In this document: piece by piece, positions 48,401 through 60,220 of the stretch | Numbering within the stretch: position 1 is the first letter of the stretch | Layout: every line of letters begins with the position of its first letter | DNA from: Saccostrea echinata | Lineage: Eukaryota | DNA length: 64,000 nt | Assembly (NCBI RefSeq): GCF_033153115.1 | Contig: NW_026889761.1 | Coordinates: 12,462,001 to 12,526,000 of the forward strand | Reading direction: 5' to 3' | Translations under genes and position numbers: made by a program | Notes under the pieces: generated by a model | Seen by the model: the letters and a program-made list of their open reading frames with translations, nothing else | Told to the model about the DNA's origin: nothing | Databases searched by the model: none

Positions 48401-51400
48401 TGTCAAATTCCCACATATATCCCTCCGCTACTAAGATTGTTTCCCCCGCTGTCAAACGCTGCAGAAACCCTAGATGAAATATATGGAGATAACGAACAGT
48501 ATTCAAGCTCAAAAGGCCATTATACAATTCAAAATAGAAGCAGAGCAAACACGGACCTCCAAACATCAGAGGTGGGATCAGGTGCCATGGAGGAGTGAGC
48601 ATCCCCTGCCGACCGGTTACATCCGCCGTGTGCTCCTTGTCATGATCGGGAAATAACGGAAAAATCCGTCGACAATTCAGTGTGTAAATAATGGCCTAAC
48701 AATTAGTATGAAAAACGTCAGTCAGCATTTGACTCAATGATAAACTGTATTTGCTGACAAGGTCATTGTATCGACCATAGAACTTACGAAATGATGACTT
48801 TAAACGAGACAGCTGATATTCTTGTTTCATCAACTTATTTGTCAATAATTTACCTCGTTTTAGAAATTGTACAAACGTAGAGCATGCTCTTGCGTATCGA
48901 ATCAACTGAGAGATATATACCCCGTATGCAGGTGATGAAGGTATATTGCTGCATAAGTAAGGGAAGTTGACGATTGAAAAGTTAAAGTCATCACGTTTAT
49001 CATAAAGCTTGGTTGTTAGATTACCATTAACGTCTTTTTCAAGTAAAATATCCAAATATGAAACAGATGTGTCAGACTCTGTGGTATCTTTTATCTCAAG
49101 TTCACCAGGATATATCGTATCGACATAAGAATGAAAATAGCCATTGTTGATTGACAGTACGTCGTCGATCTATCTAAATGTCGAGTTGAACGCCACAGCA
49201 AGTGTTTTCTTCTTTTCACGTACAAGATTTTGGACAAATTCTGCTTCATATGAATAACGGGGCGCAATCGGTACCCATCGGAATTCCAATAGATTGTTGG
49301 AAGACCTGGTCTCCAAAAACCACATAGATATTGTCAATCAGAAACTCAAGCATCTTTTTAATGTCAACTTCAGAGTACTTATGTGTACAATCAGAATGTT
49401 TTTTAACAAAATAATTTTGCAAATGACCAATGACAAGGTAAGTATATTTACGAGTTCCATTTTTATTGAAAAAGCAGCTGTCAATGATATCAAAAAGCCT
49501 GGACTTTAATTTATCGTGGGGAATGGTTGTGTATAAAGTTGAAAAGTCGTAAGTTTTTAAGCTGTTGATTTTGGTAAAATCTTGTGATTTCAAATTTTCC
49601 AAAAGTTCCTTGGAATTTTTAAGTATCCACATCTGATTTACACCACTTCTCGAATATATTGTTGCACAGTACTCTTGAAGTTTCTCCTTCACCACTGTTA
49701 ATATCTTAGTGAGGAGTAAACATAGAGGCTTGGTTGAACATTTACTGGAACCCGCTATGTATCTTTGTTTGTAAGGATTTTTATGAAGTTTCGAAATCCA
49801 ATATAAATATGGTAATTCGAATCCATTTTGGTTGTTTGGAATATTAAAAATATTCAGAACTGATATGATTTTGAAGAATTTCTTCCTTAGAAAGGGAACT
49901 ATGAGTATAAGTTGGATTACCACTTGCAGAATTAAATCCAAGTTCCTCTAAAATACATTTAATATAATGAGCCTTACAAACAAAGACAATGTTGTTACCT
50001 GCTTTGTCAGCAGGGACCAGTACGTACTGATCATGTAATCTATCTAATTCTTTTTTCACTTCTTGATTATTGAATACAGAAGGATAGATGGTTTTCACAT
50101 TGCCTCTCAATTTTTTAATGCGCGATTTTAACATACATCTGATACATTTAATCCATTCTGACAAAGTGTCAAGGTCTTCTTTTTCATGTCTGGCCCATCG
50201 CCTGGCGTAGTCCTCTACAGAATCCATGATATTTATGAAATTCTTACGCCAGTTGAAGGATCTGGGTTCCCTAAATTTAGGACCTTTTAAAATTAGTGAT
50301 CTAAGGTCCTCATTATTAACTATATTTACGTCACCAGTAATTAGAAAAGAATTACATTATTAATTTTGTTCTTACAAATGTGGGGTCCCTTATGTACTTT
50401 TAAGCAATATAATGTACATATGAAAAATTATCCTGTTGTTTACTTCATAAACTGAAGATAAATAAGTAGGCTTAGCATATTTGAAAATTAGCAATGTAAC
50501 TAATATTTATTGTGAAATTTTTCTAAATCTGAATTGCAATAGGAAATTTAAACATCTGTACATGTATGAAGAAGCCCTTGTGCCCTTTCTACTAGAAACG
50601 CTAGCTACTAGCGAGCAGTATAAGTTCTCTATATACTGTCTGCAAGCACTTCCCCCGCTGAGGGAAGCTTCGTCCCAAAGCATAATATGAGTCCTATCTG
50701 GAGCCTCTTTAGTAAAGGTCACCTTTGCATCCACGGATATTAAGTCCTTAAATTGTCATAAAGTCTGAGCCCGAGAGTTTTCTGAAGCACGTCTCAGAAC
50801 ACCAAGGTTACTACTCCGCCGCCAATGTCGTAACATAAAATGGTTACCCATATGGATTCAGGGACCATACAGGCTCAACGAATCTTAACTTGCCTAATAA
50901 AACAGAGGGACCGCATCACTAGACAAGCTAGCTTCCTAGCAAAGCAGTATAAATTCCATATAGGAAAAAAATGAGAGTAAAGCATGTCAACATGCAAGAT
51001 AATTATGTTGACATGCAAGCTATCAATCTTTTTAGAAAATGTGATCTTAAATTGGATAAAGAGCCATAGCTGCCTCCCCGACGACATGGCCGACTCAAGA
51101 ATTTAAAAGGAAATCACCTGCTTCTATTTATAGATATACCTTTTCAATTCAAGATCAAACTATGTAATATGGTTTGAGGACGAGTATTATATTTTCATAG
51201 TTGCAAGTATGTCAAATGACATTCATTTAATTTGTTCAATACTCTAATTCTGAGACAAAAGATTTAGAAAATCAATAAAAATAAAACAAGTAGCTATGAA
51301 TTTACAAACTTTAAAGCTATATATGGCGTATCTGAGCTAAAAAAAATAAAATAAAATAAAAATACGAGATTGAGTGAAGATAAACCTGAATATGTTTTTT

Positions 51401-53586
51401 ACTTTCAAATAAAAATTCTCATCGATTTTGAACTTGAATAACCTAATGTTTCCATAGTTAAATTGATTTTAAACTTTGTCTGTTAATTAAATGCGGAGTC
51501 GTTAAATAAATCGGATATTGTATTAAATTTCTAATACCTGTGAAACGTGATTGATTTTAGTTGTGTAATTTACAGGAAAGTCCTATCTTTATATAAAGTA
51601 ATAAAACAAATAGAAAGATCTTTTTAATTTTAGCTAAATACGCCATATATGACTTTAATAAAATAGTTTAGGACTGTCTTTTCCCGAGATACTTTCAAAG
51701 TGTAATGTGTATATTATAACTTCCTGAAATTATGCATATTATAAAACGTAAAAAAGAAAAACGTAGAAAAGATATACAAAGAAAAAAATTTAAAAAGCAT
51801 AAATGGAAAAATGTGGGGCTCGAACTCGCAATCACCATATTTACATTCCAGCAATCATACCACTGCGCCAACGAAGTCAATGATGTCAAATGGATAAATT
51901 TAAGACAGATTGCTAAATCTTACGATTATTTGAGAAGAAAATTTGAATATATATTTTCATCATTTTCAATATGAAGACCACCTTTAACCAAAATTATCTA
52001 AATGTAATGAAGTGCAGTCATATCCAAATAAAATTATTCAAAAGTTGTTTTTCTGGTTAAGGGTGGTCTTTGGCAACAGTTTGTCATCTTTAGGTGGATA
52101 CCTCAATATTTACTATACACTCCATACAAACTGGATAAATTTTATATTTATCATATGAAGGAACTATCAATATTGAAATATCATTATTGTGTGGTTTGGT
52201 TTTACGTATGTATAAACTACTATTGTATGACAAAATTTTGGATAAACAATGAATTTAAGAAATCACTAGTAGAGTAGGCGAAAATACCCATCAAATGCGC
52301 TATGGCTCTTTATTTACTAACGCCAGTATCTATAACATCATACATAAAAGATGCAACATAGTTATTTTAATATACATCTTATCTATGTCAACATGCGAGA
52401 TAATTACGTCGATATGCGACATATTTATGTCGACATCTGAGTTAATTAAGTCGACAGGCAAAATACATATGGTGACATGCGACATTTTAGTCAACATGCA
52501 ACATGATTATGCTAACATGCGACTTATTTATGTCAACATGCGAGATAATTAGGCCGATATGCGACTATTATGTCAACATGCAAGAAATTATGTGGACATA
52601 CGACTTATTTACATCAACATGAAAGATAGATACGACTTATTTTTGTCAACTAGCGAGATAATTATGTCGACGGGTGCATGACTTTACCTCGCATGTTGAT
52701 ATGAATTAATCGCACGTCAACATAACTATCTCGCATGTTGATATCATTAATTCACATGTCAACATAATTATTTGGTATGGTGACATAAATAAGGCATGTT
52801 GACATAAGTCACATGTATACATAATTGTATCACATCATGTTGACATAAATAAGTCGTATGTCATAAATACGTTGCATTTTGGACGTATGATGTCAAGTTA
52901 CGGCGTAAGTAGATTTACCCATATAACAATCAGATTCTTTAAAAAAGATTGATAACTTGCATGTCAAGATAATTTATATGAAGAGGAATAATTGTAAATT
53001 ATGTGAATTGAATATGGATGAAAAGAAATATGGAGAAAACGAACAGTATTCAAACTAAGAGTCTATCCAAACAATACAAATCGAGAGCAGAGCAATTATG
53101 AAAATGTCACCAGGCACATTGTTCATTCTTCGAAGCCAGTAATTGTTGTTAAAAAATATCTTAACAAGCACGCACTCTATTCTATGTTGTAGATGTTACA
53201 TGTAGCTAGTTGTCTGTGAATGTGGAAATACTTTTCTTGTATTTAACTTATTTAGGATTAATTCGGATACAACTAACATACAGGTGGAGGTGAGTTGCAT
53301 ATATCAATAAAGTAATTATTTTTACCTTGACACATTTTAATTCGATCTTGCAACTAAGAGTAAAATTTGGGCACAACTTATCATAATTTGCAGATACGGT
53401 ATCTATCCAGCAGTTCTTTTTTCTGTTTACATAAATAAGATATAATAATTATATATTAAAAAATAAAAAATGAATGTTTGCAACCTATTTAAAAACTTGT
53501 GTGACTGCATAAAAAGATTTATATTAGTATCATTTGTTTACACAATGCATGGCAAAAAAAATAGGCAACATACCTTTTTTGTCCAT
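42460..53586 (-). CDS. BHMT: Betaine-homocysteine S-methyltransferase-like protein, copy 2 (7 coding exons, 354 aa)
   Basis: Exons 53586-53574, 48469-48279, 47935-47741, 47197-47086, 45592-45414, 42943-42862 and 42752-42460. Sizes 13/191/195/112/179/82 equal those of copy 1; total 1065 nt open. Protein: [31 protein letters not shown]...[10 protein letters not shown]...YLGLCCGN. Confidence 0.92.
43641..43745. mobile_element. ~105-bp MITE-like hairpin in BHMT copy 2 intron 5
   Basis: CAGTCTGATTAAAATCAGATCTTTGTTACGCTCC / GGAGCGTAACAAAGGTATGATTTTAGTCAGATTG, about 34-bp imperfect arms. Confidence 0.7.
45076..45345 (-). mobile_element. tRNA-derived SINE
   Basis: Minus strand has A box TGGTGCAGTGTT, B box GCTTCGAATCC, a body of ~200 bp and a (CAAT/AACC)n tail. 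Confidence 0.7.
45629..46842. mobile_element. Non-autonomous DNA transposon with ~220-bp terminal inverted repeats and TA target duplication
   Basis: 45629-45848 is the reverse complement, with scattered mismatches, of 46622-46842. Junctions read ATTG-TA|TACTACGATG...CATCGTAGTA|TA-CAAT. Confidence 0.85.
47509..47721. mobile_element. MITE in BHMT copy 2 intron 3
   Basis: ATACTGCAAACCAACTTTTATTCGCG / GCAAATAATAGTTGGTTACCAGTAT inverted ends. Confidence 0.65.
48474..50340 (-). mobile_element. Best-preserved copy of the Penelope-like RT family; 5'-truncated, frameshifted, with no C-terminal endonuclease
   Basis: KGPKFREP...[11 protein letters not shown]...[23 protein letters not shown]...[12 protein letters not shown]...[14 protein letters not shown]...FR.IDDVL...YLDIL...[16 protein letters not shown]...[11 protein letters not shown], stop at 48696, then a ~220-bp 3' UTR. 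Frame break near 49850 and a small deletion near 49255. Confidence 0.9.
51315..51654. mobile_element. Kolobok-type MITE
   Basis: TTAA|AGCTATATATGGCGTATCTGAGCTAAAA ... TTTTAGCTAAATACGCCATATATGACT|TTAA. Confidence 0.7.
52380..52880. repeat. Fold-back array of ~21-bp subrepeats
   Basis: TATGTCAACATGC(G/A)AGATAAT-type units at 52380-52670 and their reverse complement (GCATGTTGACATAA) at 52690-52880. Confidence 0.8.
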
Positions 53587-55784
53587 GGCCAGTCTTCTTG
53601 CAACCCTGACGCTGACCTAGATATGAGCTGGAGTGTTATCTATAAATGCGCACATACTCCTCATGACCAGCTACCTATAACGGATCCCCACGGACATATT
53701 TTGGTGTCTAAGAGTTAATATATTCCAACAGAGGATGTAGTGATAATGCTGTGATTTAAAATTGTTCCGATATGATGTAAATTATAAATATATGAGTTCA
53801 ATATCAGGGACACTACTAACAGTTATTAAAAATGCATTCATATGAATTCAATAGAGAAGTTTAATTTACGTTTACATGTTTTTTAATACACATCCACATC
53901 TTGTCTTATTTTACCAAAATATCAGAATCGATGATTGTCATACAAATGCATAAGATTAGCAATAAATATACAAAATTTAAAATATATGAACAAATTCTAT
54001 ACATTTCTATATAGCTTAACACTTTAAATTGAATAAACAAAAGAATGCTGTTTTTTTTTTTTTTAATTTTTGATAGTTGAGCATAACACAAATACCCTGC
54101 TGAACTCCAGAGCTGGAAATGTTATTCAGTGGAGTAATTTGACTGGGTAGATTAATCCACCTTTCAAACAGAATTAAAAACGTTGTCAAGACTCTACGTT
54201 TTGTTTGATTTCTTGCTGTTTTCTTTGTAAAGTTTTCCCCGTTTAATCAGAGTAAGGTAGATCTATGGAGGAAAAAATTGTCAGCTTAATTTTCATGAAA
54301 TCGTATAATTTCACAATATGAGGAGGGAAGTTTAATTGAAACTCCTTTAATTTTTACTTTAATGATTTGAACTTAATATTAAGCATTACCATTGCGATTT
54401 GAACAGAAAATAAATTTTATCATAAATGAAATCTTTTTTGACTTTGAAGAATCCGTGCATTTAATCTTACATGAGTTTAGCCTAATAATGTTACGTATGA
54501 AATACAAATATCTGATAATTTAAGAAAAGCCTTTACTTGGGAAAAAAAAAACCTTATTTAAATTTTCTACACAATAACATGAGAAAGAAGATTTTTTCAA
54601 TAAAACTGAAAAAAAAATGATAATGCATACCTTATTTTCCCTTCTTTTGTCTTATTGTGAAATCATTAATTTTCGTTGGGGTTTAATTTTCGCTGTTTTC
54701 GTTCTATGAAGAGACTAATGAATTTATGTACTCCACGAAATGTTAAAATTTCAAATGTATAACGACTCAACATGTTGTCAACCACGAAATCCAATCCTCA
54801 TGACTTTTTTCCTCAAATCCATTTTACCCCATTTGACTCCATATTTGGAACTTTGACAATTTGACATCACGCACGAAGATATGTGATTTTACAGTATATT
54901 CCGTCTTAAAACATTAATATCATTTTGATTACCCTTGCCTAGAAGTGACTCTTCAGCAACTTAAGTCTTATACTTTGTCAGTTTTAAAGAGAAAGGATGC
55001 GACTGTGTCAATTAGGAAATTTCAGATTATCTGATATTTATTAGAAAACTTCATATAATATTTCTCTTTGAAACATAGACTTTGGATGAAATTTTGTGAC
55101 AAACCCTTTAACATCTGGCATTCATTTCTTTTTATTGCCCAGTCTTAACATCTTATTCTACTAATCTCCACTGATAGATTTAACACCTGAATGATTCTTT
55201 AAAAAAATTAAATATATACATCCAATAGCTTGAACTTTGATTTCTATGAGTTTGTTAAGTCACTCTATAGTAAATGATATGTTTGACAATAGCTTCCTAC
55301 CTCAAGTATATACCTGCATTATAGTTCTCAGCATGATGTCATTGATAACTTACTTCGGTGATTTATTCAATACCACGTCCATTTCTTCTGACATAACAGC
55401 TCTGTAAACAACATGTACCACCATTATAGTCAGTCCTATTAGGTTTCCTGAATAGAGAAAAATGTTTTCATAACTGTGTAACATCATAAAATAATTTATA
55501 AATGTGAGCATATCAGAATAGATCTTTAACACAAAGATTTTAGCCTGATATGAGCTGCATAAGCAGCAAGAGAACAAGAGAAAATATGTATATAAAAGGA
55601 AAAAGTATCAAGACAGAAAGACGGACATGATGATTCCTAATGGTTATACAACTTTGAAATGTAAATGCAGCTTACAAGAGGTTTGTAATGAAGAAAAGGG
55701 AGAAAGTCATGACTTTGAATTACCTGTTCACTTATGAGCTTGAATGCTGTTCATATTTCCATATTTCATGAACAATATGTTATG

Positions 55785-57295
55785 GTTCCAACAGACAAGG
55801 TTTGTAACAATACCGTCTTCATTTGTAAGGTTTATCATTACAACTGTATTTTACATGAACTTTGTTTTAAAACTATAATCTGGAAATCCAACTTGTACTA
55901 ATAGTTTCTAATGATAAAATTCTTCAAAATCACATTTCACATTCCAGTCAACCAAGGTGAGTTAAATCTTTCCTACCTATACTGTATTTCTCACCTTCAT
56001 AAAAATCATTACAAACAAAGATACATTGCCGGGTCCATCAAATGTTCTACCAAGCACCTATCTTTACTCCTCACAAAAATACTAAATGTTGTAAAGCAGA
56101 AATTTCAGACGTACTGTGTTACAGCATATTTGAAAAGTTGTATAAATCAAATGTAGATTCTCAAAAAACTCGAAAGAACTTTAAAGTCACATTTATTTCT
56201 CAAAAGTCAGAAATATCAAAAGTATTACTTTTCTACATTTTATTTTACCATTCGTCACGATAAATTAAAAATTAAGCTCTTTGATATCATAGACAACTGC
56301 TTCTTCAATAAACATCAAACTCGAAAATTTTCATATTTTCTTACTGGTCATCTATAAAAATACTTTGTTAAAAATCATCGTGATTCTACACAAAGTACTC
56401 TGAAGTTGATATGAAAAGGTTGCTGGAGTTCCTCATTGACAATATCTATGATGTCTTTGGGGACCAGGTCTTCCAACAATTTTAATGGCCACTAATATGA
56501 ACCTTTATTAACCTATCTGTTTTTTATATTCCTATGAAACAGAATCTATTTAAAAACTGAAAACATGAAAATACGAAAGCATTACTGTGACCTTCAACTC
56601 GACATTCACATATTAATATATCGACGACGTTTTTTAATTAACAATTGTTACTTCCATTCATATGCCGAATGACACATGTATATCCCAGTGAACTCGAAAT
56701 AAAAGACACCACAGAGTCTGCCACAGCCACATTTGTTTCATATTTGAATAATTTCCGTCGTGACTATAGACGATAGACCAAGAGTCAACTAAGAACTTAC
56801 TAGTAACTGTATGACAAACGAGATGACTTCAGCTTTTCCATCGTCAAATTTCCTCTATCACCTACACATTGTGTTTATGTCTCCCAACTGAATCGAAACT
56901 TACAGCATGGTCTGCGTTCGATCAATTTTAAACCAAGGCAGTCTTCTGACAAATAAGTTAATGGTACAAGGATTTCAAGAATCTCGTTTAAAGTCAGCAT
57001 TTCGTAAATTCTATGGTCGCTCTTATGACTTTGTTAGCAAATTTTACCCGTCACTGGGTTGTATTTTGACTGATGTATTTCACATTATTGTTAGGCCTTT
57101 GTTTTTATACTAAATTTGACTACGGATTGTTCCTGTCTACCGGCTCACGGCGGGTGTGACCAATCGACAACGGATGCTTACTCTTCCTAAGTACCTGATT
57201 CTACTTCTGGAATTAACAGTGGTCAATGTTTTATGCCCTGTTCCCAGACTTGAACGTTTCAGTTTTTATGAGATTGATCACTGTTCGGTACTTCA
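55785..57295 (+). mobile_element. Old, decayed copy of the Penelope-like RT family
   Basis: [37 protein letters not shown] and the 3' motif CGGCGGGTGTGACCAATCGACAACGGATGCTTACTC. Confidence 0.85.
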
Positions 57296-58473
57296 ACCGG
57301 GGATGCTTGCTGCCCAGTACTGAACGAAAACAGAAACTTTTATTAGAAAAAAGATCGGTTGTAGAAATGAAAACTTTATAAAAACTAAGCGCTGTGTTTT
57401 TACTCGTCTACATTGAACAAAATATGCATGTCGTTCCAGTACAGTTAAAGTGAAACATCGTGAGCTATAAATAACTGCAGAATTTCCAATTGTTTAAATT
57501 TAGAAGAATGGATTTCCAAACTGAAAAAATGGCTAGCATCCTAACGCAGTGTTACGTACATGTAGATCTAGATTTCGATGGCACTCTACATGCTCTAGGA
57601 TTTTGGAGAATTATGATTCAGTCTGGCCTTCTATTTTTTGTTGAGAAATTTCATTCTTAATCAGTGACTAGCACACGGGACTTATAAGTAACGGTGAGTT
57701 GTCGTTCTTTGCAAACAAAGACCAATCTAATATATTTTTTGCTTGCAACCAGTACCCTAGGTAAGTTATAAGAAAAAGAGACTTGCTACAGCTGTATTAT
57801 GATAGTATAATAGTATAATATAGTAAACTAGTTATCTATAGAACAAAAACAGTTCTTTATCTTGATATATTTATTATTATGATATTTTATTCTGACAGTT
57901 TTGTGGGAAAGAAATAAGCAAAAATAATACATAAAAAATACATATCATTGAAGATTTATCGGAAAATAATATCCGTATGTACCAGTAATATTTCCTTCAA
58001 ATTTTGTATCGGAAACTGGAATAAATACAATTCAAAATTCGATTGCCATTTTTACAAAAAACATTCCCTATGGAAAGATTTACTGTGGAAATGTATTTGT
58101 ACGCATTTCTTGATTTATATGATCGTATAAAAAGGTTGAGGCCACTAGCCCAGATAAAAGATAATATCCCGTTTGGGTTTTAATACCCGAAATGGAATAA
58201 AAATTTACAGGTCATCAAATAAAATAGAATGTATTTATTTAGCTTGAAATATTGTCAATCTACAAAAATATACATTGAATCCAAACGCTACTGGCAAGCA
58301 AATTTTTCTGTATCATTCTGTTAATTAAGCACATTTACTCCATTAAAAATCCAATATTCCTTGAATTTTTATTTGAAATTGGAGGATTGGAGATGAATAC
58401 TCGTTTGCTAACAGTTGTTGCATTCAGTGTATATTTATACGGATTTACATTATTTCTGATTTACATTATAACT

Positions 58474-59166
58474 GGGAGACATATACAGGTGATAACGGTA
58501 TATTGCTACAAGTGAAGGAAGTTGACAATAGAAAAGTTGAAATCATCACATTTATCATAAAGTTTTGTTGTTAGGTTACCATTAAGGTCTTTTTCTAGTA
58601 AAATATCCAAATATGAAACAGATGTGTCAGACTCTGTGGTGTCTTTTATTTCAAGTTCACTGGGATATATATAGTCATATCAATTGAAGTAAAAATTGCT
58701 GATTGATAATACATCATCCATATATCTAAATGTCGAGTTGAAAGCTACAGCAAGCGTTTTCTTCTTCTCATGTAGAAGTTTCTGAATAAATTCTGCACCA
58801 TCTGAAAACAAAAATTGGTCTACAAAAAATGGGGCGCAATTGGTACACATGGGAATTACAACAGATTGTTGGAAGACCTATTTTCCGAACTCTGCAAAGA
58901 TATTGTCGATCGGAAACTCAAGCATTTTTTTAATATCAATTTCAGAGTACTTGTGTGTACAATCAAAATATTTTTAGCAAAATAACTTTGCAAATGACAA
59001 ATGACAAGGTTAGTATATTTACGAGGTTCATTTTTATTGAAAAAGCATCTGTCTATGATGTCAAAAAGCCTGTACATTGTACTTTAATTTACCGTGGGGA
59101 GTGGTTGTATAAAGTATAGAAAAGCCGTACGTTTGATGTTAATGATTTTGGTAAAATTTTGTGATC
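58474..59166 (-). mobile_element. Internal fragment of the Penelope-like RT family
   Basis: Collinear with about 48915-49590. Confidence 0.85.
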
Positions 59167-59233
59167 TAATGAAAAAAACAATTAATTATGATTCTTAATG
59201 TCTATTTTTCTTATGTCATAGTTATTTACAGGC

Positions 59234-60220
59234 ATGGATGTGACGTCATTAGAATTCCTGGATCCCTCCGGACTCAGCGATATTGAGACAAACTTGAAGG
59301 AAAGAATACAGAAAAATGAAAATTTGTTGGAAAGAAAAAGCAAACATCCGAAGAGGTCAATTAATATATTTTCAGAACTTGAGGAATTCAGGCCCTCTGT
59401 GTTTGAGAGGGAAATGGAGAATTTGAAACCGTGTATTGAAGAAACATCGAAATATTTAGCTGACATTGACAGAAAACAAGCAGATTTACGACGAAAATTT
59501 AATTCAACACATCACCTTGTTAAGAAACAGGAAGTGAGAAAGAAAAAGAAACTTTCCCTAGATGAAGAAACATCTGTAAGCTATCCTATTGAACTTATTG
59601 AGAAAGAAGAAGCAGTACGAGTCTGTTTGGGTAAATGTCTTCGACAGATCCAAATTGAACGTGTTGATGATATCAATCCTGGTGATCATTTAGTGTATCA
59701 ACGCCCAGGATATCAACATCATGCTATTGTTGTGAATATAAAGAAAGTTGACGACATAACTGCTGATATTACTGTGATTCACAAAAGTGGCGATGGTTTG
59801 GACGTGGTCCAAGGATTAATTAGATACGTATTGACGATTGGACAAAGTAGTCCTAAAGGACGACTAAAAGAAGAAACCTTTGAAAGTGTTAATGTCACAA
59901 AGTCTTGTCTGTTTATTGTTAAGTACAAAACCAATCCTTATTCCCCTGATCAAATCATTAAGAGAGCACGTGAGCAATTGGACAAATCGAAATCTTCGGA
60001 ATACAATTTAGCCAATAACAATTGTGAACACATTGTTACTTGGTGTGTTACTGGGGAGTGGTATAGTGACCAGATAAACAGTTTATGGATCAATGTTATG
60101 AATAAGTTCAAGCCTTTCTGTGAAGACACCGCTTCCCTTGAAAAGGTAGAAGATATGAGGCGATGTGAGCTTATTTGTGACGAATGTTATCTCAAATGTA
60201 AAACAAAGAAAACAGATTAA
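59234..60220 (+). CDS. LRAT / HRASLS-like (NlpC/P60, H-box/NC) domain protein, 328 aa, with a charged coiled-coil-like N-terminus
   Basis: PGDHL...GYQHHAIVV (H-box), VIH, and YNLANNNCEHIVTWCVTG (NC motif with catalytic Cys). A splice acceptor TTATTTACAG ends 2 nt before the ATG, so the coding region is a single exon or a terminal exon. Confidence 0.88.
   Translation: MDVTSLEFLDPSGLSDIETNLKERIQKNENLLERKSKHPKRSINIFSELEEFRPSVFEREMENLKPCIEETSKYLADIDRKQADLRRKFNSTHHLVKKQEVRKKKKLSLDEETSVSYPIELIEKEEAVRVCLGKCLRQIQIERVDDINPGDHLVYQRPGYQHHAIVVNIKKVDDITADITVIHKSGDGLDVVQGLIRYVLTIGQSSPKGRLKEETFESVNVTKSCLFIVKYKTNPYSPDQIIKRAREQLDKSKSSEYNLANNNCEHIVTWCVTGEWYSDQINSLWINVMNKFKPFCEDTASLEKVEDMRRCELICDECYLKCKTKKTD

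Noticed and set aside
51812-51872. tRNA gene on the minus strand
   Set aside because: Only A-box and B-box remnants; no complete cloverleaf. Probably a SINE or repeat relic.
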